A DNA stretch of 48,634 nucleotides, filler included, from Jimgerdemannia flammicorona (lineage: Eukaryota), in assembly GCA_003990765.1 (NCBI GenBank). It is 2 parts of 2 records of this genome, joined end to end, with 100 filler letters (N's around TTAATTAATTAA, not from the genome) between each part and the next. Parts side by side here need not be neighbours in the genome. Positions count along the whole stretch, not along the records: positions 1 to 24,273 come from RBNJ01000996.1; 1 more part is not named here. One strand, given 5' to 3'. Positions 1 to 11,888 of the stretch are shown in pieces; within the stretch, counting starts at the first letter, position 1; each line of letters opens with the position of its first letter. Under the pieces are notes generated by a model. That model ran no database searches, was not told where the DNA came from, and worked only from the letters and a program-made list of their open reading frames with translations. Position numbers and translations under genes: made by a program.

Positions 1-3000
1 GCTGGTAGAGAGCACTGGGGGGACAGGAGGGTATATACGCATTGGGCTGGAGGTCTGGGGACAAGGATTGACTGGATTCTGACAGCCGACTGTTGGGGCC
101 GCGATGTGTGGAAGATGCTAGAGGTCGAATGGTGTCCGTGGTCAGATCACTGGGGCCTCTTGGGACAGGGGTGTTTTGGGGGAGGTAGGGATGGGCCTGG
201 ACATTGGCGCCTAAATTCCTCATTGTTGGATGATGAGGCCTGGTGGGAGGAGTGGGCAAATGACATTCAGCTAAAGGTGGCGAATTGGCGACAGGAAGGG
301 GCCGCGATTGAGGTTCGGTGGATGAGGATGAAAGAGATGGCCAGGATGTATTGGAGCGAGGCTGGCAGAGTAGCTGGGAAACAGCGAAGGCAGAAAGTGC
401 GTTGGGCTTCTAGTAGACTGGCTAGGCTTCTGGAGGAGTGGGCGAGACTGATGGCAGTGGAGGGAGAAGAGGATTGGCGATTAAAGAGGGTGAGGATGGA
501 GGTGGGGGAACTGCAACAGGTACTGCGGGAAGAGGAAGAGTCAAGGGTACAAGGCCTAGTGGCATGGCTTCGTTGGCAGGGGCTGGAGGAAGGGGAGAGG
601 CCTTCCAAGTTTCTCACGAGGATACTTCGAGCGAGAAAGGCACAGCAGCGGTGGGAAGGGGTACTTGGCTCAGATAATGTACTAGTACATGGTGTACAGG
701 ACATCCTTAGAACACTGAAAGCGCAATGGAGTGGATTGTGGAGTGAGGAGGAGGGTGGGGCAGATGCTACAGCCATTGACCGAACATTAGAAGACTGGCA
801 CCCACCGCAAGCTGAGGGACTGGGTGAACTGGTGATGCCTGTAGAGGAGGACGAGATCCACCAGGTTCTTGCCGCGACAGCCTCGGGTACGGCGCCCGGA
901 GAGGATGGCCTCCCTTGGGACTTCTGGAAGCGAATGGTTGGAGTCCCGGGTATATTGGGGGAGTTGACAGCACTGTGTGACTCTATATTGCAGTCAGGGA
1001 GATGGGTGGGGGAGCAAGACCTTGGGCTGGTAATGCTGCTTTATAAGAATAAGGGAAGGTGAGAGGATTGGAAGAACTGGCAGCCGATAATGTTGCTAGA
1101 TATGGACAGGAAGTTGGTGACTAAGGTGGTGGTCACAAGGCTACAGAAGGTGGCCCAGCAGATTGTGGGTATGGAGCAGAGGGGCTTCATAGGGGGTCGG
1201 CTTATTAGAGATGGCACGGCCTGGGTATATGGAGTTATTGAAGGTGCTCGAGCCTGTGGACTGGATGGGCGTCTAGTCTTCTTGGATCAGGAGAAGGCTT
1301 ATGACCGGGTGCAGTGAGTCTAGCTGGCGAAAGTATTGGATAGAATTGGAGTTCCGGGCCCATTTCAGTCGGCGATGGTCAGCCTACTGGAAAGGAGTAG
1401 GGCGGCGCTCGTGTGCAATGGGCATCGAGGGGTGGCTTTCCCTCTGGGTAGGGGTGTGCCTCAGGGGGACCCGCTGTCTCCCATTTTGTATGCTCTTTCC
1501 TTGGAACCTCTGATGGACAGAATTCGGCGGAAGATCGTGGGGCTCTCCATCTATGGCATTGGCTGGAAGGTTGGAGCCTTTGCGGATGACATGGTGGTTG
1601 GTTTGGGCGTGAATGCAGATGTCGAGGAGCTCCGGAAGACAGTGGAGTGGTATGAGGAGAACTCTGGGGCAAAGCTGAATTGGCACAAGTGTGAAACAAT
1701 GGTGCTGGGCAATGGCTTGGTGGGCGGGGAAGTTATTGGAACGATTGTCCCCACCGGTGAGGCCGTGCGGTACTTGGGCATCTATTTGTCGGTCTATGGG
1801 TCTGTTTTGCCCAGGCTGTGGTGGGAGCAGAGGATTGGAATTTGGGAGGAGGACCTGAGGGGTTGGGGGGGTCGACACTTCTCTCTGGCAGGAAGGATCT
1901 CGATTTTGAATGTATACTGGATGCCAAAGCTGTGGTATTTGGCCTATCATCTGGACTTCCCAGTCTGGGTAGTGAAGCGATTGGTGAAGGTGGCCAAGGG
2001 ATGGATCTGGGCTGGCAGAAGGAGTCAGATTGGTTGGGAGACTTTGTCCTTACTGGTGGCGAGAGGCGGTCTTGGGCTGGTGGACTTCCCCAAACACCTT
2101 CACTGTTTGAGAGTTTGGTGGCTGAAGAGGGTGGCAGAGTTGCATGGAGGGGGCTGGGTCCCTCTGCTGCAGAAGATATGGGAGAGGCGGACATCGCCTA
2201 GAGGCTTGACTGGTGATCTTCTTTTGTTGGTTGGGCTTCGGAACACTGCGTAACTGAGATACAAAGGCTTCTGGTGGGGGATAGCCAAGGGGGCACACTG
2301 CATTGGTATTTGCTGGCGAGGGGATGAGGGGGAGAGGGCTTGGGACCTGGCGATGTGGAGATGGGATAGCATTCTGCTGAGAGGCATGCCTTTACTGGAG
2401 TTCAATATTAGTGATGGCATCGAATGCCAAAGGGGTCCGGGCCAGGATCTGTGGCCTAGTGGTTGGCAAGGTGTTGGAATTGGTGAGGAGTGGGACTGGC
2501 AGGGGGTTTGGACCTGGAGTGCCGCAGTGAAAATTTGGATGCCGCCGAAGTACTGGGTTGTCTGGTGGCGTGTTCTGAGGAGGAATGTGATGCTTAACTT
2601 CCGCTCAGGACACCTTGTGGTAGGGGGCTGCTTTGACTGCGAGGAGTGCCATGATGTCGGGCAGGAAGGGGGATTGGTACAGATGCCGGAACATTGGCTT
2701 GGGGAGTGTAAGGTGTTGGGAGACTTTTGGCAGGCCATTGGGGAACACTTGGGGGTAAGGCATAGGGGTGATGCTGTATGGGGGAGGTGGGAGGACCTGA
2801 AGGATCGATTGATAGGAGGGGTTGGGGGAAGAGTGGATTACTCTAGGCTGGGCGTTGGCTATTTGGGTTGGGCTGGCTGGCCACTGGTTATTTGTATTTG
2901 AGGAGGAGAAACATCTGAGCTTGGGGAGCTGGTTAGCAAGGTGGCAGTTTCTTATGGAGGATACCTTGACGGGCTGGTGGCTTGGTTGGGGGCTGCAGGG

Positions 3001-3127
3001 GGGTCGGAGGCACCGCTTGGTGGTGAAAATCTGTAGTCAGAGTGGTGGGAGAGTTGGAGTTGTCGGTGAGAGGGTGGTCTTTATACGTGACAAGGTGGGG
3101 TGGGGCCACCCGATGGGGATCGGATAG
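1..3127 (+). pseudogene. LINE ORF2 (endonuclease-reverse transcriptase), broken by stops and a frameshift
   Basis: ORFs 106-1062, 1090-1317, 1336-2253 and 2353-2901 are in one frame, with a frameshift into 2822-3127; collinear with the ORF2 at 40185-43830. Confidence 0.93.
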
Positions 3128-3186
3128 TGGGTGGGGATACTGTAAATTTATTCATAGACTGGTAATAAAGACGGAGTCCAAGGGAC

Positions 3187-3220
<34 letters not shown>
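1..3220 (+). mobile_element. L1/Tx1-like non-LTR retrotransposon (LINE A), 3' part, 5' end outside window
   Basis: APE endonuclease C-terminus (RIDWILT...SDHW), RT motifs (PGEDGLP, PIMLLDMDRK, GVPQGDPLSP, AFADD), C-terminal CxxC...H...C, AATAAA at 3164-3169, A31 tail at 3190-3220. Confidence 0.95.
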
Positions 3221-3222
<2 letters not shown>

Positions 3223-4914
3223 AGCCTTCTTTACTTTTCTCAATAAGAGTTTTGTCAGCTCTACAAATTTGAGTAACCTAGGACAACCAGCAGTCATCTT
3301 TTTAGTCTTAGTTCCTTAGGAAGCCTGAGCCTCTGTAGCCAAGTGGCTCAACTCTACAGACTATTACCATACTAAGACCAAGACTATCTTATATTACTAT
3401 TTTCAGAATTGCAAGACTCACTATATTCTTAAAGAAGAAGCCAGAGAAACTCTCTATCAATAATCTGACTCTGAACCAGAGATAGGTTCAGTATCAATTC
3501 TATCTAAAACTAAAGCTGATACTGAATCTGAACTAGTTTTTGAATTAAGCTTATCTGAAATCTGATATATAACCAATACCATCTACTTCAATACTGAGAA
3601 AACTCAATTATATAGAGACCAAAGTGAAGAAGAGGAGGAGTATCTCAGTGAATTCAATCCTGGATATACTACTGAAGAAGATATACTTCTCTCAGAACAA
3701 AACATATCTACAGGACAACAAATAGTTATCTATCAAGCTCTTATACCAGACCCACAATAGTTACTTTAGTAACTTATATAGACTCAAAGAACACTACTAT
3801 ATTCTACACCAATACTACAAGTCATATCAGTAACACTACTACCAGTAGTCTAACTACTTTTAGCAAACAATATAGCAAATCAACAGATTCTAGACCTTAT
3901 AGCTCAGATAGCCATAATGGTAGCAATTATTACTGCCTTAGCTGAACAAATCCAATCAATAAAAAATCTAAGTCTACCTACCTTCAATGGTACTGCACAA
4001 GAAGTCCAAAGCTTTATTAGTATAGTTGATATCAATTTCAAAGCCAACTGATGGACCAATGAGCAAGTTACTAACTACCTACTGATAAACAATTAAGACC
4101 ACACTCTGGAATAACTCTTTACTACTATTATAGCCTATGTCTGTCAAGTTGTTATATTCTTCTGAGGACCTGCTGAAGAATGGTAATGAACCCTTCCTGA
4201 AAAATCTCTCATATGAGACATCTGACCTACAGTTATTGTCTAAAATACAGCAAATAATACCCCTGAGTATAGAGACCACTCTGTGGCCCCTGAGCTCAAA
4301 TAGCTTATAATTGCTCAATATCACAGTAAAACTCTGATTGCCAAATCTCAAGCTAAACTCTACAATCTCAAATTTGATATATATAGTAAAGAGGAATTTG
4401 AAACCTTCTATACAAAACGTAAGTCACTTCTAAATACCATTGGTCTAGAATATATTACTAATAATGAAGCACAAAATAGTATAAGAGCAGACTATTTATT
4501 CTAAGAAAGATCTGAGAACAAGGATGCCCAGTTAGTTGTGATCACTAATAATAGTATCTGGTAAGAATCAAGACTATGGTTAAGTGAATCCTAATAGCTA
4601 GACCAATTCCGCCTCAAAGACAATTTAACAACAGGAAAAAGACTTAAACTAATAAAGAAGAACCCATGAAGCATCCTGAGCTCTCTCTACATCCACATTA
4701 TGGACACTCCAAAATCCTGAACTTATCCAGCTAAGTACCTTCAAGAAATTCATAGAAGGAGAAAGAAATGAACTCTGAAGAAGTAGAGTATGTATTTATT
4801 ACTGAAAGACAGAATATATAGCCAGTATCTACTCTAACCAAAAACCCCAAACAGCAATATGAGCAACCATTATCACTCTGCATTATCTCAATAATCTGAT
4901 CACCAAAATACTAG

Positions 4915-5320
4915 ACTTCATCAAGTTAAGGCCAACTGCCAAGATCTCGACCAAAGAAAGTCAAAAAGCAGCTAAATATGACCTATATGCAGTTGAAGAA
5001 GCTATAGTTTCCAACTGAGAAGTTAAGTAAGTCTATACAAGAATCAGCATTCAAATCTCTGAAGGATATATTGGAAGAATATACTACCATAGCAGCCTAG
5101 CATTAAAAGAACTTTCAGTAGAAGGAGGAGGTATTGATGAAGATTATATAGATGAAATTATTGTTCTCATCTGAAACTATAGTTGGACACTCTTCAAGAT
5201 CCCTATTGGTTTCTATATTACCCAGATCCTATTCAAGAAAAATTGAATCAACTCTAACAGTCAAGGAAGTCTCTGAACTACTGTCTACTATCCAAGGATC
5301 TAGAGGATTTGGCTTATCAA
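4915..5320 (+). pseudogene. dUTPase remnant between gag and protease of the chromovirus
   Basis: Manual translation: KLRPTAKISTKESQKAAKYDLYA...EGYIGRIYYHSSLALK..VEGGGIDEDY..EIIVL...QGSRGFG, matching trimeric dUTPase motifs 1-3 and 5. Confidence 0.82.
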
Positions 5321-8300
5321 ACAAGGCTCTAGCCCAATCTACTATAAGTAAGGAAGAATAATTCTATAAAAAAAATGAAGATGAATTTATACCAAGTGGC
5401 TGATGCCCCCATGGCATTGAAATATACTCTTTCTGAATAATCAACAATTGCTTCTTTTGTATCAATGAACTGGCCCAAAGGAGAATTAACAGAAGGAAAG
5501 CTTCTATAACTGAAATTACCACCATTAGATTAGACAAACTACTTATACTTCAAGCTTTTATCAACTAAGCACCTGTCAAGATTATGATAGACAGTAGTAC
5601 CTCAGGCAACTTTATCAATAAAGAAACAGCCAACAGACTCAAGGTCCTGACCTCTCCAGTACAATAGACTCAAGTAGTTGCTATAGCTAATAGAACCTCT
5701 CATATCATTAGTAAGAAAGTCTACAATCTATCCTTCCAAATTGGCAACTACTGAGTACATATTACTCTCTAGATTATACTACTTTCTGATAATGAAATAA
5801 TTCTTGGGACCCTATGGTTAAAATAAGAGAACCCTATAATTAATTGGGTAAACCATTTTCTGACCATTAAGAAAAGATGCTACAACTTCAAACTGTAAGG
5901 CAAAAAAGACTCACTCAGTTCTAGTAATCCAGGCTTAAAGATTACTAATATCAATAAACTATAACTTAAGAAATTGACCAAGAAATGCCCTCTCTTTGCT
6001 ATCTTCATCTGACCATCCAAAGGAGAATCTGAGAACCTCAAAGAAGACTTTTCCAAAGTTGACAGCCATGTTAGACCATTACTCTAGAAATTCTGAGACA
6101 TATTCCCAAAAAGAACTCTTAAAAGGCCAACCACCTAAATAAGTAGTGAACCATGCCATCAAGACCATTTCAGATACCAAGCCTACCTTTAAGTCAATCT
6201 ACTATATATCTCTGAGAGAAATTAATACACTCAAGAAAGAGATCAATGAACTCCTAGAATAAGGATTCATTATATCTAATATATTACTTTATAGTATACT
6301 AGTTCTCTTTGTTGTCAAGAAAGAAGAAGACTTATAAATATGCATTAATTACTATAACCTCAATGAATAAACTATCAAGAATTATTACCACTATCCCAAA
6401 TTGATAAAATATTCAATAGGCTTACTAATCCACAATTTATGAGCTCTTTTGATTTATGAAATAGCTATTAGCAAATTGTTATGAAAGAAGAAGACATCTA
6501 TAAAACTATCTTCCAAACTCACTATAGATATTTCAAGTTCTTGATTATGTCTTTTGGCTTAACTAATATTCCTATAATCTTTCAGATACTGATAAATACT
6601 ATTCTACACTTGCATCTGAACAAATTTATTATTGTCTATATTGACAACATCCTAGTCTTCAGTAAAACCCTGAAGAAACATTTAAAATATCTTGAACTAG
6701 TACTATTGAAGCTCTGAGAAAACTGACTTTTTGTAAAACTCAGTAAATGTGAATTCCTCCTGAAGAAAATTCAATTCCTTAGATATATTATCACTCCTAA
6801 TAGAATTAAAATAGACTTCAGTAAAATCTTCACAATCAAGGATTGGCCCAGACTCAAAAAGCTGAAAGACCTCTAGTTATTTCTGGAACTAGCAAATTAT
6901 CACTAATAATTTGTTATAAACTTTACCAAAATCACTACTACCCTTACTCAAATAACTAAGCACAGTAAAAAAGAAGAACAGCCTTGAACTACAAAATAAG
7001 AAAAAGACTTCAATAATCTTATAAATTAGAGATCTGAACAAGATATAGTCTTTTAAGCCCTGAAAGATACCTTGATAATTACTCTAGTACTTCAAGCAGT
7101 AAACTCTATTTTACTATATAAAGTTACTATAGATGCCTCTGATCTAGCTCTTAGAGCAGTGCTTATATAAGAAGAACACTCTATGGCCTATTATTCTTGT
7201 AAGTTCAATAATGTCAAAATCAACTATATGATCTATGAGAAAAAAATATTAATTATCATAGACACTCTGATTAAATAGTGACTATATCTAGAAGAAGTAT
7301 ACTTTACTATATTGATAGACTAAAAATTATTAGTCAATATCAAGATCCAGACTACCTTTTCCTAAAAGTAAGCCAGATGGATAAAAGTCCTTACCAATTT
7401 TAACTATAAAATCTAGTACTGCTCTGGTAAGGAGAATATTATTGCTGATACAATTTCTAGATCACTAATCAAAGAGGTTATCCAAACCTTCATCTTAGTT
7501 ACCAACTCTATTATAGAATAAATTATCACAGTATGTACTGATGATAAAGAAGCTCAAATACTCTAAGAAATTCTGAACAGTAATAATATTGACAAATACT
7601 CCTGATATCATTAATACCAACTGAAGGACAATACTATTTATTATAAGAATAGATTATATATTCCTAATAATCAAGATCTCTGAAGGACTATCCTATTTGA
7701 ATATTATAATATCCCTATAGCCAGATATTTAAGATTTGATAAATACTATGAAGTTATTTCCCAAAACTTCTATTAGCCCTATATGGCAGATCAGTTAAAG
7801 ACCTACATCACCTTCTATAATATCTGCTAATGTAACAAGTCTTCAACACTAGTAAAACCTGACCTACTCTACTCTATTTCAGTACTATCTGCCAATTAAG
7901 AATAAATCTTTATGAACTTCATTATATAACTACTCTAAACTAAGAATAAAAAAGATATAATTGTTATCTTCATAAACTATCTTAGCAAATAAGCTCACTT
8001 CATACTTACTACTATAACTGCAACAGCACCTGAAATTTCTATACTCTTATTTAATAACATCTTTTACTATTATAGTCTTCTGAAGATCATTATTAGTAAC
8101 CAAGATGCAAAGTTTACCAGTCACTTTTGGAAAGTTCTACATGTATACCTTGGAACAAAACTTATACTATCTACAGTCTTCTATTTTGAAACTGATGGTC
8201 AAACTGAAAGAATGAACCAAACTCTGAAACAAATGCTAAGAAACTATATTTTCTATAGATAAGATAATTGGTATGAATACCTTACTACAGTCAAGTTTGT

Positions 8301-8800
8301 CTATAATAACAGCAAACAAGCTTTTCTTAAAATGACTCCATTCTTTGCCAATATAGAACAAAACCCAAATACCTCTCTGACACTTATCAGAACTACTGAT
8401 AAATTCTCTACTATTGAAGCTGTGGAAGAATTTCTGCTCTAAATATACAATTTAAGTTAGATTGTAATCAAGAATTTATCTCAAGCTCAAGAACAATAGT
8501 TATAGTATATCAACTAACACTACTAAGAAGAAACTTTTGATATTAGAGAAAAAGTCCTACTAGATATTAGAGGATACTAAGTTGATAACCTCAAGCACAG
8601 ACTCTCTATAAAACTAAATAGCAAATTTATTAGATCATTTGAAGTCATTATATAAGTCTCTACAATTTTCTACAAACTGGTACTACTAGATACTATTAAG
8701 ATTTATTCACTAATATCTTAAGCAGTACAATAAAAATGATGACAAGCTATTCCTAAACTAAATTACAAAACTGCCTGTACTTATTATTATTAATGACCAA

Positions 8801-8950
8801 GAAGAATATAAAGTTGAATAAATTCTTAACAAATATAACCACAAGAACCATCCAGAATATCTTATTAAATAGAAAAATTATCTAATCTATAATATAATAT
8901 AGAAATCTAAAATCAATCTCTAGAATACTACTGACTTAGTTTAAGAATAT
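8801..8950 (+). pseudogene. Integrase C-terminal chromodomain remnant
   Basis: EEYKVE*ILNK...PEYLIK*KNY....*KSK.NL, a mutated form of YEVEkIL...YLVKWKGY....WEP..NL. Confidence 0.8.
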
Positions 8951-9211
8951 GATTCTCAGGCCTTTCTTCATTACTTTACCAGTCACAATGGTTTGGTAGG
9001 CAACCTTCTGAGTCTACTTTCCACAATTATTACCCCCTCTACCTCAGGTTGGTTTGCTGTACCTGTTACAGAGCAGTGAGAGTGAGGCAATGGTGATGAG
9101 TTGCCTCTTTATCAGTATCAGATTGGTGTCTTCTCTACTTTTTCACAGTTTCTAGTAGTGCTCTACAAACCTGACCCAATTAACCTGAAACCCAATCCAT
9201 AAAACAGCCAA

Positions 9212-9400
9212 CCCGGAATTAGATGTCACCTGTCTTTAACCCAACCCAGAATTATATGTCACCCATCTTTAACCCGACTCAGAATTATACATCACCCGTC
9301 TTTAACCCGACCCAGAATTGTACATCACCCATCTTTAACCCAACCTGGAAAGATACATTACCCATCTTTAACCTGACCTGGAAATGTATGTCACCTGACC
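9212..9400. repeat. About 5.5 copies of a 33-bp tandem repeat, in an AACCCGAC-rich tract (9160-9477); probable DNA-transposon subterminal repeats
   Basis: Unit CCCAGAATTATATGTCACCCATCTTTAACCCGA; lies just past the 3' end of the hAT transposase. Confidence 0.8.
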
Positions 9401-9509
9401 CGTTATTTACCCTTAATCCAAACCTGAACCTGATCCCTAAACCCGACCCTGAACCCGACCCTCTGAACTCTGCTCTGAAAAAATGATTCAGAAAATATTT
9501 GGATAATAT

Positions 9510-10044
9510 TCAGAGCAATTGAAAGTGAAAAATATCTGAAGATCACTAAGAATCCAAACACATGCATGCATGAATTATATTTATATACAAGCTGTTTCGA
9601 TGTTCAGTTACTAGCTCACCAGCAATAGAAAAAATACATTCAGATGGAACAGATGTCGCTGAAATAGCAAGATAATCGTGAGCCATTTATGAAAGATTAG
9701 GATATACCGACTGATTTTGCCACCACCAATCTAGTATATCTATACGAGGATCAGCTGGATTCTCTAACAAATAACTGAAACAGAGAAATATGAGTGAAAA
9801 TTAACCAAGCCAACCAAAAAACATAAAAACAACACCCACCATTCAAGCTTATCATCCACATCGACATGCTATTTCTTCTCATATATTGAGTTGATAAAAT
9901 CATCAGCATTATGAAATATTGAGGGTATAATGATAGCATTAACAGGCTTATACTCCTTTTCCCAGATACGTTCCATCTGATTCTTCCATTCATCAATTAA
10001 GGATTTTTTCCATTACTCATGACAGAAATAATACATGTTGATAC
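9510..10044 (-). pseudogene. hAT transposase, 3' part including dimerisation domain
   Basis: DILDWWWQNQSVYPNLS*MAHDYLAISATSVPSECIFS; GT-AG intron ~9776-9839; continues the 20142-21969 part. Confidence 0.9.
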
Positions 10045-11333
10045 TGTAATGTGCCAGCTCAATAGAGGCAAATTATAAGGTTGGGGGTTGATGTAGTTTG
10101 GCTTAAGCCCTCAGTTACTTTGTCAAAAAGCAACAAAATGTTCTAAGATTCCTGAGGTCCTTGGTGTTTAGTGGTATAATAGTCAAGCTGGATATCTGCG
10201 AGTGGTTTCCTTATTGGGACAGTTCTCTGGGTGTAGTGGCAATTTGTGTCTTTCCTTCTTGGGTCAACTGGAAATAGCAGAATTTGTGTGTAGCACGAGC
10301 GGTTTCCTTCTTAAGTGACAATCTCTGATTTCTGCATGACGATCTGGCAATTTAGTGGTTCTCCTTATGCGGTTTCTGCATGACGATCTCTGTGTAGTGC
10401 AACGATTTCCAAAAGTATGTAATTTCTGGCAGATAGCTCGATTTGGCTCACTGGGAATGTATGGTGTGAATTCTTCCATAATAGGCTCACTGGGAACAAC
10501 GAATAACTCGGATGTCGTGGATTCTTTCTGAATCGGCGGCTTCAACTGGGAATATGGCGGATAACTCAAAAGGCGGTAGATGACGCGGATTCTCCTGAAT
10601 CGGTGGGCTTCTTGAAAATGGTGGCTTAACTGGGAATTAACTCGGATGGTGCGGATTCTTCCTGAATCGGGCTCTTCTGGGAATAATAACTCGGGTTCTT
10701 GGCAAGTTACATTGAGACTGGCTTCGTTTGTGTGGAGTTGCATTGATAGATTGGCTTTACTGTGAAGTTGCATCAGAGACTGGCTTGTGGCAAGGCTCTC
10801 TGGGAATGTGGAAACTGGGGTTCTTCAGGCTTATCTGGCAAGCATACCAATAGCATGGCTTATTCCTTTAAGTGGCGGGTTCTTCAAAAGGTGGCGAAGT
10901 TCTTCCTTGAACTTGGCGGCAAATCTTTAAGCTTTATATCAGAAAGTGGACCGGAGTGGGAATAAGGGGACCAATTGCTCAATCTTTAGAGGCTTCTTTG
11001 GTTTGCACTTCAATTTAGACTGAGGTTTATTCACTCTTGTCTCTGGGGTAATTTATACAAGTTGGTTGCTATCTGGTTACTATGTGGCTAACTATAGATC
11101 TGCTACTTATGGCAGGTGTACAGAGTCTGTACGGTGTACAGGACCTATACAGTGTACAGAGTCTGTACGGTGTACAGAGTCTGTACAGGTAAACAGACCC
11201 TTTCTGGTATGTCTGGCTATTTATACAGTTTCCACAGCAATGGTTGCTGGTTACTATACTGTGTGTTCACATCATCTTCGCTAATTGTTTACGTCATCTG
11301 GTTAATTTGGGTGGTACATTTCGGTTTGTCACA
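10045..11333 (-). repeat. 3' LTR (1289 bp)
   Basis: TGTAAT...TCACA; direct repeat of 18915-20141 plus ~44-bp and 18-bp extra segments. Confidence 0.95.
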
Positions 11334-11372
11334 TCAGCCCCCACTGAAGGGTAGTCTGTCCCAGACTATTCT

Positions 11373-11888
11373 TTAGTCACCATTCCAATAAGCATAGGCT
11401 GCTTCTGTATCTATACCTGTTCCATCATCTTCATTGTCTGTATCAGGGTCACTCCATTCTATGGGCTCTTCTTCTTCTTCAGGGAATAGGATTTCGACAG
11501 AGTTGATGATGCTCAAATAGGTAACAGGGTTCATTCCTTGAATGTTATTCAGGGAGAATTGTGCCTGTGTCAGGGCTGTAACATTTTGTTTGTAGATGGT
11601 GTATAGTCTGTCTGCAGCAGTAGTGTCTCTTCTGATCAGACCTGTGGTGTTTCTGATGTAGGTCTGTTTGGGGGCTGGGAGGTTCTGCAATTGTTCACCG
11701 ATTGCATAATAGGCCTGCAGTTGGTGGACTTGTAGTAGGCATCTGGCCAGGGTGAGATTTTCCTGATGAGCTTGGATCCTTTGAAGGGGGCTTCCATTGG
11801 CTTGGCCAAATTGGGGTAGAGGGATGGGTAGGGCTTGGAAGGAGCTGAGGACCAATGTCAGGAGGCGCTGATTAATCCTTTGGCTCAT
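11373..11888 (-). CDS. Extra 3' ORF (171 aa from MSQRINQR), unknown function, acidic C-terminus
   Basis: Open frame between integrase and 3' LTR; its ATG overlaps the natural integrase stop (ATGA, 11888-11885). Confidence 0.65.
   Translation of the reverse strand: MSQRINQRLLTLVLSSFQALPIPLPQFGQANGSPLQRIQAHQENLTLARCLLQVHQLQAYYAIGEQLQNLPAPKQTYIRNTTGLIRRDTTAADRLYTIYKQNVTALTQAQFSLNNIQGMNPVTYLSIINSVEILFPEEEEEPIEWSDPDTDNEDDGTGIDTEAAYAYWNGD

Larger units (their letters stand above)
3221..8950 (+). mobile_element. Degenerate Ty3/gypsy chromovirus (gag-dUTPase-PR-RT-RH-IN-chromodomain), no LTR recognised
   Basis: gag-like LPTFNG ~3975; protease IMIDSSTSGNFI ~5580; RT MSFGLTN/VYIDNILVF 6481-6717; RH VTIDASD ~7125; IN ETDGQTERMNQTL ~8190; many TAA/TAG stops. 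Confidence 0.9.

Noticed and set aside
267..2738. Many antisense ORFs over the LINEs (also 38413-43890)
   Set aside because: Shadow frames of G-rich coding sequence, Ser/Pro-rich with no motifs.
9155..9477. Candidate TIR pair and TSD for a MITE or hAT end
   Set aside because: The ends match only weakly as inverted repeats and I found no 8-bp TSD.
9223..9486. 87-aa repetitive ORF (MSPVFNPTQNY)n
   Set aside because: By-product of a 33-bp tandem DNA repeat.
10264..10773. 169-aa ORF inside the LTR and similar ORFs in the other LTRs
   Set aside because: Not kept open in the sister LTR; no recognisable motif.
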